Source: Pontiella sp. (lineage in GTDB: Bacteria > Verrucomicrobiota > Kiritimatiellia > Kiritimatiellales > Pontiellaceae). From it: a DNA stretch of 42,780 nucleotides. Below the pieces are notes generated by a model, which saw only the letters and a list, made by a program, of their open reading frames with translations, was not told where the DNA came from and searched no databases. The stretch spans positions 1-42,780 of the forward strand of contig DATCZD010000171.1 in NCBI GenBank assembly GCA_036526075.1, written 5' to 3'. Of this stretch, positions 1 to 8,450 are shown piece after piece. How positions within the stretch are numbered: position 1 is the first letter of the stretch; every line of letters starts with the position of its first letter. The translations under genes and the position numbers were made by a program.

Positions 1-82
1 TTTTGAGCGGGGTTTTACGTCGTTTTTCAGATTGTTTCATTAATTTCTTAAATATCTGAAAAAATCATAAAGTGCGCAAAAA

Positions 83-112
83 TAAAGGCCGGAAAGTGTG
101 TTCCGGCCTTTA
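83..112 (-). terminator. Intrinsic terminator downstream of the tRNA
   Basis: 12-bp perfect inverted repeat TAAAGGCCGGAA (83-94) / TTCCGGCCTTTA (101-112). The A-run at 78-86 reads as a U-tract on the minus strand, 5 nt past the tRNA CCA end. Confidence 0.8.
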
Positions 113-116
113 AAGT

Positions 117-193
<77 letters not shown>

Positions 194-218
194 GTCTTTT
201 CTCGTTAAGAGGTGGGCT

Positions 219-246
219 AAGCTACAGGATTCGTTGGGGCGTGCAA
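219..246 (-). promoter_or_regulatory. Putative sigma70 promoter of the tRNA
   Basis: Minus strand TTGCAC-N16-TAGCTT followed by a GC-rich discriminator (AGCCCACC), the layout typical of stable-RNA promoters. Confidence 0.55.
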
Positions 247-317
247 GGGTAATTTAATTTTTTCTCTTGTGGCGGAAAAGTATAACGTGTCTGTAGGATT
301 TGATTCGTTGGGGTGTC

Positions 318-346
318 TTGACCTTGCGGGTTGAGTTGGGTAGCTT
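318..346 (+). promoter_or_regulatory. Putative sigma70 promoter of rpe
   Basis: TTGACC (318-323) - N17 - TAGCTT (341-346), about 30 nt before the rpe ATG. Confidence 0.55.
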
Positions 347-378
347 CCCTGCCTAAATTTTCAATAGGAAAATAGATA

Positions 379-1053
379 ATGCCTGAAATACAGATTATGC
401 CATCTATTCTTGCTGCTGACTTTGGTCATTTGGCCGAGGGATGTCGTCGTGCCGAAGAGGCCGGGGCGGATCAGATTCATGTGGATGTGATGGACGGGGT
501 TTTCGTCCCCAATATAAGTTTTGGGCCGGATGTGGTGAAAATGTCGGCGGCTACGGTTGCTATTCCACAGAATGTGCACCTGATGGTGAGGGAGCCGCAA
601 AATCATATCAAGGCCTTTGCTAATGCTGGATCAGACACGATTCAGATTCATATTGAAGCGAGATGCAATGTTCAGGAAACCCTTCAGGCCATTCGTGATT
701 TAGGGAAGCGACCTGCCATTACGGTAAACCCTGAAACCCCTGTGGAAAGTATTTTCCCTTGCCTGGAAAACCGCTGGGTGGATGAAGTTCTGATCATGTC
801 GGTTCATCCCGGTTTTGGCGGTCAGAAATACCTAACTTATGTTGAAGAGAAGGTTTCCTCAATCCGTCGCATGGCTGACTGGGTTGATATTGCGATTGAT
901 GGCGGGATTGATGACCAGACCGTCAGTCGCGCCGCGGCCTGTGGAGCTAATCTGTTTGTAGCGGGATCTTATCTTTTCAAGCAGGAAGATATGGCCTCCG
1001 CAATTTCCGGACTTCGCAACGCTGCGCAGGAAAGTTACTGCAAAGATCTTTGA
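379..1053 (+). CDS. rpe: Ribulose-phosphate 3-epimerase
   Basis: Motifs PSILAADF, HVDVMDGVFVPN, HLMV, MSVHPGFGGQ, IDGG, VAGS. Confidence 0.97.
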   Translation: MPEIQIMPSILAADFGHLAEGCRRAEEAGADQIHVDVMDGVFVPNISFGPDVVKMSAATVAIPQNVHLMVREPQNHIKAFANAGSDTIQIHIEARCNVQETLQAIRDLGKRPAITVNPETPVESIFPCLENRWVDEVLIMSVHPGFGGQKYLTYVEEKVSSIRRMADWVDIAIDGGIDDQTVSRAAACGANLFVAGSYLFKQEDMASAISGLRNAAQESYCKDL

Positions 1054-2208
1054 TCAAAGGCTTGCAGTTAGGATGCCGGTGAGTTCTTCGTCGGTTAGCT
1101 GAACAGGGTTTCCTTTCATGCTGCTGGCGTTTCTGGCTTTTTTAACAATGGCTGGGATGTTTGCCTCTGTGATGCCGAACCGTTCAAGGCGGGGCACTTC
1201 CATGGCTTCGGAAATTTCATTGATCCAGCCAAGCACATCGGTTGATGAGGTATTAGCCGTTTCGTTTACAATCTGTGCCGCTTCGCTATATTTCTGGAGG
1301 GCCGGACTTTTTGGGATACGTTCCTTCAGGGCATTGATGTTGGTTTTTATCACGGCTGGCAGTAGCGTTGCGCAGACCATTCCATGCGGCGCCTGGAACA
1401 TACCTCCCAGCGGGCCGGCAAAACCATGTACAGCACCCAGTCCTGCATTGGCGAGGGCCATCCCCCCAAAGAGGCTTGCCTGAGCCATATCGGTCCGCGC
1501 AACGAGATCATTACCATGGGTATAGGCTCGGAGGAGGGATTGTCCTGCCAACTTTAGTCCTTCGCGACAAATGCTATCAGTCAGAGGGTTGGATTTGATA
1601 GAGACAAAGGCTTCCAATAGTTGAGTAAAGGCATCAAGCCCGGTGCTGGCCGTGACCTGTGGTGGCATGGATAGCGTAAGCTCTGGGTCTACGAGTGCAA
1701 TCGTCGGCAACATTCTAGGATGGCGCATACTGACCTTAACCTGATGTTCCGGAGAGAGTAAAACTGCATTTCGGGTTACCTCTGCACCGGTTCCTGCTGT
1801 TGTGGGGATAGCGATGCAGGGTGCGGGGATTTCAGTAAGTGGTTCACCTTTTCCGATAATCTCAAGATAATCCACGAGGTCGCGTGTGTTAGTGAGCAGA
1901 GCTGCAATGGCCTTGCCTGCATCTATTACGCTGCCGCCACCAAAGGCCACCACAAAGTTGCAACCTAGTTCGCGAGCCTGTTGAGCCAGAATCGCAATGC
2001 GCTCGGTATCAGGCTCTTTTGTGATGCTAAACGCGGCAGGGTTTACCCCTGCTTTTTTTAGTGCTAGAAATATCGGAGCAATACGCTCCGCATTAGAACC
2101 TGTGATTAAGGCGGCTCGAGATCCTAGTCCGATGGCCAGTTCCGGGAGCAGGGTTAGCTGTCCAGGACCGAAAATAATGCGTTGGGCGGTGGAAAATTCA
2201 AAAATCAT
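1054..2208 (-). CDS. Iron-containing alcohol dehydrogenase
   Basis: GGGSVIDAGK, PTTAGTGAEVT, VDPEL, DAFTQ, GAVHG, PHG motifs. Start moved to ATG 2208, which has a GGAG Shine-Dalgarno (SD) 6 nt upstream; the ORF track starts at 2220. Confidence 0.92.
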   Translation of the reverse strand: MIFEFSTAQRIIFGPGQLTLLPELAIGLGSRAALITGSNAERIAPIFLALKKAGVNPAAFSITKEPDTERIAILAQQARELGCNFVVAFGGGSVIDAGKAIAALLTNTRDLVDYLEIIGKGEPLTEIPAPCIAIPTTAGTGAEVTRNAVLLSPEHQVKVSMRHPRMLPTIALVDPELTLSMPPQVTASTGLDAFTQLLEAFVSIKSNPLTDSICREGLKLAGQSLLRAYTHGNDLVARTDMAQASLFGGMALANAGLGAVHGFAGPLGGMFQAPHGMVCATLLPAVIKTNINALKERIPKSPALQKYSEAAQIVNETANTSSTDVLGWINEISEAMEVPRLERFGITEANIPAIVKKARNASSMKGNPVQLTDEELTGILTASL

Positions 2209-2400
2209 GGGGCTCTCCATTGAATAAAAAAAAGTTTAGCGGGGTGGTAGGACTTGTCCAGTATGATTTGCAGGCTGAAGGGGTACCAAAAAGGATGAAA
2301 AGTCCGCTTTTCATAAGAGCGCGAAAAGGGCAAAGTGCTTAGCTAATTGTGATTTTTGGGTTGGGCGTTTTTATAACTGTTAAACAAGGAATATTCGACT

Positions 2401-4143
2401 ATGAAGGATAAGAAGGAATTCTACAATTTATTGACTGAACTGGATGGTAAATCGGTCTCCGAATACCAACAGCTCATTGGCGACTTCGACTTCTCTCGCT
2501 ATGTTATTAAGTGCATGGGTATTAATTTTGATACTGAAGGGGCTATAAGCCCGGTATTCAGTATTCGCATTCCCCAGACCATTGCAGAAATTCCGGAGTA
2601 CCTATTTGATAGTCCCATTCGTCGCACGGCCTTGGAAGATCTGCTTCTTCGTCGTCTGGAGGCTAATGTGGATCGCATTGCTAGTTATGACCAAAGTGGA
2701 GTTGCTCGCCGCTTTGTTCGTTTGGCAACGCCGAGTCAAAAAATTCTTCCGCGCAATGCACTGCTGATTACTAAAGAATACATTGAAGTAACTCTGGAGA
2801 TCATACTCCCGGTTCAGGGTGTTGTGGTTGAAGGTGAGCCGACGCTGGCGATTGATGGTGTTATGGCTCAACAAATTTTCTTTGAAGATATGCCGGAAAT
2901 TGTGTGTAACAGTTTGTTGTACTGCAATGTTGATAGCGCGACAGCTGATGAGCATGTTAACAACATGGAAGATGCCGATCGTCTTCGCCAACATTTAGGG
3001 GCCAGCGGCCAGGTCAGCTTTGTTGCCGAAGGCGCACTGTTGAGTCGTGGTGCTGATGGTGATGCTCCTGATTATGAGCGACTGCTTCCGGTTGATGTCG
3101 ATGAAGGGCTGATTGAAGAGGTAGAGCTTCCGCATTCCGGAGTCGTCCGTGGTGTCGGCATCCCGCAGGGATTGACCCTGATTCTTGGTGAGTCTAACAG
3201 CGGGCGAGTTGATCTGATGGAGGCTATTGCTCAGGGTATCTACAATCATGTTCCTGGTGATGGTAGAGAGCGTGTTGTTACCGTTGCTGATGCGGTCAGT
3301 ATTCGGACTGAGATTGGTCGTTCTATTCAGCAGGTTGATATTTCCGCTTTCGTAAACGAACTTTCAGATGGCGGTAATCCAATGTCTTATTCGACGGCTT
3401 CCGCTGGTTCTTTCACTTCTCAGGCGGCATCGACTGTTGAGGCGCTTGAAGCCGGCGCTCGTGTGCTGTTGTTTGATGAACATAGCTCGTCTTCCACATT
3501 CCTCTCTTCCGACACGCGCGTAAGCTCCTTACTAGGTAAGTCCTCCCGTAATACATTGGCGGCGCGCGCACGTCAGATGGTGGATGAACTTGGGGTTTCT
3601 CTTGTGGTGGCCGGCAGTAGCCTCGTGGCGGAATTTATTCCGATTGCGGATAAGATTCTAAAAGTGGAAAATTACTGTGTTTCCGATATTACTGAAGAAG
3701 CCAAGGCGCTTGAGATTACTCCGTCTACCGTTGAAGGAAGTGACTCCTTTAATATGCCCTCGTTGCTTAGTCGTTCGCGGTGGGTGATGCCGAGCTCCAT
3801 TGACCCGAGTGTCGGTCGCGAAGATATTGTTATTGAGGCCGGTGAGGAGAATTATCTCCAGTTCGGACGCTCACTGGTTGATCTGGATGCTATCGGTCAG
3901 ATTGCTTCTGTAGACCAGGCGCGCGCTATAGGCTTTGTACTCTATTACGCGAAGCTGCGCTACATGGATGAAGGGTATCCGCTACGTGAAATTCTTGATC
4001 TGGTTGATCGCGATCTGTCAAATGAAGGCCTTAATGCGCTCGTTCGCGATCCGCGCGGTGATCTCTCCCGTCCGCGTCGCTATGAGGTTGCCGCTGCGCT
4101 CAATCGTCTGCCGGCCTTCCGTGTCTCGCATGTGACAGAATAA
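2401..4143 (+). CDS. ABC-class ATPase homologue (COG3044 / ABC_ATPase family) with degenerate nucleotide-binding motifs
   Basis: Family motifs GIYNHVPGDGRE, VDISAF, TSQAA, EALEAGARVLLFDE and PRRYEVAAALNR are present. Walker A reads GESNSGRVD. Confidence 0.85.
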   Translation: MKDKKEFYNLLTELDGKSVSEYQQLIGDFDFSRYVIKCMGINFDTEGAISPVFSIRIPQTIAEIPEYLFDSPIRRTALEDLLLRRLEANVDRIASYDQSGVARRFVRLATPSQKILPRNALLITKEYIEVTLEIILPVQGVVVEGEPTLAIDGVMAQQIFFEDMPEIVCNSLLYCNVDSATADEHVNNMEDADRLRQHLGASGQVSFVAEGALLSRGADGDAPDYERLLPVDVDEGLIEEVELPHSGVVRGVGIPQGLTLILGESNSGRVDLMEAIAQGIYNHVPGDGRERVVTVADAVSIRTEIGRSIQQVDISAFVNELSDGGNPMSYSTASAGSFTSQAASTVEALEAGARVLLFDEHSSSSTFLSSDTRVSSLLGKSSRNTLAARARQMVDELGVSLVVAGSSLVAEFIPIADKILKVENYCVSDITEEAKALEITPSTVEGSDSFNMPSLLSRSRWVMPSSIDPSVGREDIVIEAGEENYLQFGRSLVDLDAIGQIASVDQARAIGFVLYYAKLRYMDEGYPLREILDLVDRDLSNEGLNALVRDPRGDLSRPRRYEVAAALNRLPAFRVSHVTE

Positions 4144-4145
4144 GT

Positions 4146-4601
4146 ATGCGGCTGGTTGTTCAGCGCGTAAGGCAGGCTTCGGTAACGGTGGATGGAGAGT
4201 GCATCTCCGAAATCGGTTCCGGCCTGCTGGTTCTTGCAGGGGTGTCACATGATGACACCCCTTTTGATGCCCGCTTTCTAGCAAAGAAAACGGCGAATCT
4301 CAGAATTTTCGAGGATGCAGAGGGCAAGATGAATCGCTCTGTGAAGGATGTCGGAGGAGAGATCCTGTCCGTAAGCCAGTTTACTCTGTATGGAAACTGT
4401 GTGAAGGGCAACCGCCCGAGCTTTATTGATGCCGCCCGCCCGGAGCAGGGTGAAGAGTTATTTAATGAATATGTCGGAGCGTTGGGGAAGCTTGGATTCG
4501 TGCTGCACACCGGACAGTTTGGTGCTGATATGAAGGTTGAACTGCTTAACGACGGCCCGGTCACACTCATACTCGAGTCTACCGGCCGTACCGAAAATTA
4601 A
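4146..4601 (+). CDS. dtd: D-aminoacyl-tRNA deacylase
   Basis: MRLVVQRV start, NLRIFED, SQFTL, GNRPSF, NDGPVT motifs. Confidence 0.97.
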   Translation: MRLVVQRVRQASVTVDGECISEIGSGLLVLAGVSHDDTPFDARFLAKKTANLRIFEDAEGKMNRSVKDVGGEILSVSQFTLYGNCVKGNRPSFIDAARPEQGEELFNEYVGALGKLGFVLHTGQFGADMKVELLNDGPVTLILESTGRTEN

Positions 4602-4701
4602 TTTTTAACTGCTGACTTCTACAATTCGACACTAATGTCTTTAATTGGTAGAAATCAGTGACGAATAGTGATTCTGTATTTTTATTGATCAGAGGTAATT
4701 T

Positions 4702-6078
4702 ATGGCGAAACAGAAAACAACGGTTGGAACCATTAATAATGAGGTGCTGGCATTTACAGCGGGTCGCGATGTGGAATTGGATCATGCGCTGATTACGGTC
4801 GACTGTATCGGCACAGCAGCCCATGTAACCATGCTCTCAAAAATGCCGGTAACGCCAAAACTGATCTCTGCTGACGAACGTAAGCGGGTGATTGAGGGGC
4901 TTGTGGAAATTATAGGCCTTGCTCAGCAGAATAAATTTAAAATCAAGCTGGCGGATCAGGATGTGCATCTGGCCGTTGAGCGCACGCTTACTAAAAAGCT
5001 GGGAGACCTAGGGAAAAAAATCCATACCTGTCGCAGTCGTAATGATCAAGTGGCTGTTGACCTACGCCTCTATGCTAAAGAGCAGATTCTGCAAACTTTG
5101 GAAGAAGCGGCGGCGTTGGCATCTGTACTTGTGAATTTTGGTAAAAAACATGAGTTGGTTCCGATGGTGGGCCGTACACATATGCAACCCGGTATGCCCT
5201 CCAGTGTTGGTTTGTGGGCCACTGCACATGCCGAGAGCCTTCTGGATGACTGTGTTGCTCTTTTTAATGCGTATGAGCTGAATGATCAATGCCCGCTTGG
5301 ATCGGCCGCGTCTTATGGAGTTCCGCTTCCGATTGATCGACAGCTGACTTCCGATTTGCTGGGCTTCAGCCGACCTACTCATAATGTGCTTTATGCCAAC
5401 AACGGGCGTGGTAAAATGGAGGGTCTTGTTCTCGCGGCGATGAGTCAGGTTATGTTGACGCTCTCTCGTCTTGCCCAGGATTTCATGCTCTTCACTATGC
5501 CGGAATATGACTATTTTAAGTTGCCTTCAGAATTCTGTACCGGAAGCTCCATCATGCCTCAGAAGCAGAATCCCGATGTTTGTGAACTGGTGCGCGCAAA
5601 GGCTTCGCGTGTTAAGGCTGCTGAGTTGGGCGTTTATGATCTGATCAAGGGATCTCCAACCGGTTATAATCGCGATCTTCAGGAAGCAAAAGAGCTGTTC
5701 ATGGAGGGCATTGCTACTACGCGTTCCTGCCTACGAATTATGGCTCCGATGGTTAAGGCCTCAGAGGCTAATAAGAAGGCGCTAATAGATGGGTTCTCTC
5801 CGGATGTTTTTGCCACCGATCGTGCTCTGGAGTTGGTGGGCGAGGGTATGCCATTCCGTGATGCCTATCACTATATTAAGGAAAATCTCCACGAGCTTGA
5901 AAATATTGATCCGGTGGAGGCAATTCAGCTTAAGACCCATCTTGGTGCGCCGCTTGGATTGGATTGGGATTATTTTAAAGATCGTATTGCAGCCGTTAAA
6001 GAAACCGTCCGTGAGGAGCGAAAGCTATTTAATAGGGCGGTTACAAAATTGCTCGGCGTGAAATATCCTCTGACTTAA
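4702..6078 (+). CDS. argH: Argininosuccinate lyase
   Basis: DVH..VE, IHTCRSRNDQVA, GRTHMQ, fumarate-lyase signature GSSIMPQKQNPD, GYNRDLQE. Confidence 0.95.
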   Translation: MAKQKTTVGTINNEVLAFTAGRDVELDHALITVDCIGTAAHVTMLSKMPVTPKLISADERKRVIEGLVEIIGLAQQNKFKIKLADQDVHLAVERTLTKKLGDLGKKIHTCRSRNDQVAVDLRLYAKEQILQTLEEAAALASVLVNFGKKHELVPMVGRTHMQPGMPSSVGLWATAHAESLLDDCVALFNAYELNDQCPLGSAASYGVPLPIDRQLTSDLLGFSRPTHNVLYANNGRGKMEGLVLAAMSQVMLTLSRLAQDFMLFTMPEYDYFKLPSEFCTGSSIMPQKQNPDVCELVRAKASRVKAAELGVYDLIKGSPTGYNRDLQEAKELFMEGIATTRSCLRIMAPMVKASEANKKALIDGFSPDVFATDRALELVGEGMPFRDAYHYIKENLHELENIDPVEAIQLKTHLGAPLGLDWDYFKDRIAAVKETVREERKLFNRAVTKLLGVKYPLT

Positions 6079-6653
6079 TGCCCATTGCTGAAATCAGACT
6101 GAATGTCGCAACACCGGATGTGGTTAGATCTGGCGGTGCAGAGTGGGCTATTACAGCTGGGTTTTCAGAAAGCCCTTTCGGGCGCTGTCTGATTGCCGAG
6201 TGCCCGCACGGGATCTGTTATCTTGGATTTGGAGATGCTGATGTATGGCCCGAGCTTCAGACTCTGTGGTCGGACTTCAAGATTATTCGGGATGACCCGA
6301 TGGCGGCGTCCCTGGCGGATAGGGTTTTTGTAAAGCAACAAGCCCTAGATGTTTTCGTCAAGGGATCTGAATTTCAGCTCAAGGTTTGGCGGGCTCTGTT
6401 GGAGATTCCTTGTGGAGAGGCGATTAGTTATAGAATGTTGGCGAATCGGATTGGTAACCCAAAGGCTATTCGTGCCGCTGGAGCTGCTGTCGGAAAAAAC
6501 CCTGTAGCGTACATAATCCCCTGTCATCGAATAGTTCATTCTGATGGTTCTGTTGGAGGTTATCGGTGGGGTGTTCAGCTTAAATCCGAAATGTTGATGC
6601 GGGAGCAAGCAATTCAAGGGAATAAAAAAGGCGCCCATTCGGGCGCCTTTTAA
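6078..6653 (+). CDS. ogt: Methylated-DNA--protein-cysteine methyltransferase (Ogt / Ada C-terminal type)
   Basis: FQLKVWRAL, ISY, RAAGAAVGKNP and active-site PCHR motifs. Overlaps the argH stop (TAATG). Confidence 0.9.
   Translation: MPIAEIRLNVATPDVVRSGGAEWAITAGFSESPFGRCLIAECPHGICYLGFGDADVWPELQTLWSDFKIIRDDPMAASLADRVFVKQQALDVFVKGSEFQLKVWRALLEIPCGEAISYRMLANRIGNPKAIRAAGAAVGKNPVAYIIPCHRIVHSDGSVGGYRWGVQLKSEMLMREQAIQGNKKGAHSGAF
6624..6651 (-). terminator. Intrinsic terminator of the cold-shock gene (possibly bidirectional)
   Basis: AAAAGGCGCCC-ATTC-GGGCGCCTTTT, with a 6-U tract on the minus strand. It lies inside the last codons of ogt. Confidence 0.75.
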
Positions 6654-6674
6654 AGCCTGTTCAAGCCTGAGGTC

Positions 6675-6878
6675 TTACATCGGGACGACGTTAGTCGCGC
6701 ATGGGCCTTTCTGGCCCTGACCAACTTCGTAGGAGACCTTCTGGCCTTCATCGAGAGATGCATAGCCGGAGACCTGGATTTCCGAATGATGGACGAACAT
6801 ATCGGTTCCGCCTTCGTCGGGAGTGATGAAACCAAAGCCCTTTTCAGAGCTGAACCATTTTACTGTACCTGTATTCAT
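6675..6878 (-). CDS. Cold-shock protein (CspA family)
   Basis: GTVKWF, RNP1 KGFGFI, RNP2 MFVHHS, GQKGP. AAGGA SD upstream. Confidence 0.97.
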   Translation of the reverse strand: MNTGTVKWFSSEKGFGFITPDEGGTDMFVHHSEIQVSGYASLDEGQKVSYEVGQGQKGPCATNVVPM

Positions 6879-7109
6879 TGTATTTCCTTAATTGAATGAA
6901 ATGCGTGTCTAACCTGTTTCCGGGAAAATAGCGATGATAATTTCAAACTATTATTCATGACGGTTTAACGCGGGAAGGCCGCTTTCGGTGTTGAAATGAT
7001 GTTTAGATTCTTATTCATACAGTTTTTTCGTTGGGTCGGGGGACTTGATTCGGAGCTGATTTTAATGACGTATGATCTTTTTGGTTTTATAAATTTTAAA
7101 ATTTTTCTC

Positions 7110-7137
7110 TGGCTTTAGGAGAGGATTTCGCTATGTT
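7110..7137 (+). promoter_or_regulatory. Putative promoter of the ribosomal superoperon
   Basis: TGGCTT-N16-TATGTT with an AT-rich UP-like tract (7085-7106) and a GC-rich discriminator GCCCATCC. Confidence 0.45.
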
Positions 7138-7141
7138 GCCC

Positions 7142-7486
7142 ATCCTTTCGCGTTAAATTGTGAATGGCGGGAGGGTGTAAAATGGCTAACTGCTTTATCT
7201 ACAGTTGCTTTTACATCATCCTCATTTCTGAAGTGGCTGGCGGTTCATTAAAGCGCAAGGGATAGATCACAAATGCACCGGCAATCGGGCTCCGATCCGG
7301 ATTAGGTTTCGATCTGAAAAGCAGAGTGTTTCTGCTGTTAAGTGAGAGGCAGTTTGTGGTTACAGGGGCTTTCAGCGGTTGGAGGTCCTAAGGAAATATA
7401 GGCGAAATATCTTAGATGTTTCGCTTGCGGTGGCGGATGTAGATGTCTACTGTCCTCCGCCTGTCTATTTTAATGAGAGGATAATT
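7142..7486 (+). ncRNA. Candidate structured 5' leader (or sRNA) upstream of rpsL
   Basis: Several complementary segments seen by eye (detailed in findings). I recognise no known RNA family. Confidence 0.45.
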
Positions 7487-7861
7487 ATGCCTACAATCAA
7501 TCAGTTAGTAAGAAAGCCGCGTGCGGCTCAGAAAAAGAAGAGTAAGTCACCCGCTCTGGCGACATGCCCGCAGCGTCGTGGCGTGTGTCTGCTCGTTAAG
7601 ACGCAGACCCCGAAGAAGCCGAACTCGGCTCTTCGTAAAGTTGCCCGTGTACGTCTGACCAACGGTCGTGAAGTCAATGCCTATATTGGTGGTGAAGGCC
7701 ATAACCTGCAGGAGCATAGCATGGTTCTGGTTCGCGGCGGTCGTGTAAAGGACTTGCCGGGTGTGCGTTATCACATCGTTCGCGGTGCGCTGGACTGCCT
7801 TGGTGTAGACGGCCGTAAGCGTGGTCGTTCGAAATATGGTGCGAAGCGCCCGAAAGCATAA
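7487..7861 (+). CDS. rpsL: 30S ribosomal protein S12
   Basis: [31 protein letters not shown]. The true start is ATG 7487 with a GAGG SD. Confidence 0.99.
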   Translation: MPTINQLVRKPRAAQKKKSKSPALATCPQRRGVCLLVKTQTPKKPNSALRKVARVRLTNGREVNAYIGGEGHNLQEHSMVLVRGGRVKDLPGVRYHIVRGALDCLGVDGRKRGRSKYGAKRPKA

Positions 7862-7874
7862 GGATATTTGAACT

Positions 7875-8348
7875 ATGGCTAGAAGACATAGAGCTGAAAA
7901 ACGTGAGCTGATTCCGGATCCTCGTTATAACAACCAAATGGTTGCGTACATGATCAACTGCGTAATGGAGCGCGGAAAGAAATCAGTTGCGGCAAAAATT
8001 GTATATGGAGCTCTGGAAGATATTCGGGCTCAGCTGAAAGACGTCGACCCGGTTGAAGTATTCACGACTGCAATCGAAAACGTCTCTCCGCGCCTGGAAG
8101 TTAAGTCCCGCCGTGTGGGTGGTGCCACTTATCAGGTTCCGCTGGAAGTTAAGCCGAAGCGTCAGATTGCGTTGGCAACGCGCTGGTTAATCACCCTCGC
8201 AGGAAATCGTAAAGGTGTTCCGATGCGCAGGGCTCTGGCGAATGAAGTAATTGACGCCTATAAAGGGCAGGGAGCGGCCATCAAGAAGCGTGACGACACG
8301 CACAAGATGGCTCAGGCCAATAAGGCCTTCGCCCATTACCGCTGGTAA
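7875..8348 (+). CDS. rpsG: 30S ribosomal protein S7
   Basis: EVKSRRVGGATYQVP, HKMAQANKAFAHYRW. Confidence 0.99.
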   Translation: MARRHRAEKRELIPDPRYNNQMVAYMINCVMERGKKSVAAKIVYGALEDIRAQLKDVDPVEVFTTAIENVSPRLEVKSRRVGGATYQVPLEVKPKRQIALATRWLITLAGNRKGVPMRRALANEVIDAYKGQGAAIKKRDDTHKMAQANKAFAHYRW

Positions 8349-8406
8349 GGCGGTCTTGTGTCGGTCATATAGGAAATCCCCAACGGATGGGGGTCGCCGA
8401 TTGAAA

Positions 8407-8433
8407 GGAAGGTTCCACGCGGTGGAACCTTCC
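8407..8433. repeat. Perfect 12-bp inverted repeat in the rpsG-fusA spacer
   Basis: GGAAGGTTCCAC-GCG-GTGGAACCTTCC, with no U-tract after it. Confidence 0.85.
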
Positions 8434-8450
8434 GACTGTTGTAAAAAGAA

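Noticed and set aside
1-63. Possible minus-strand gene start at 40 (MKQSEKRRKTPLK...) and a 10-bp inverted repeat at 23-32/54-63
   Set aside because: Only 13 codons are visible at the window edge with no clear SD, and the repeat is AT-rich. Neither can be supported.
7142-7361. Leader as SRP RNA, tmRNA, RNase P RNA or a known riboswitch
   Set aside because: No SRP GGAA domain IV motif, no tRNA-like ends, no RNase P GAGGAAAGTCC, and no riboswitch consensus that I recognise.
7379-7486. 36-aa N-terminal extension of S12 in the ORF track
   Set aside because: The canonical MPTINQL start with SD is at 7487. The extension begins at TTG and crosses RNA hairpins.
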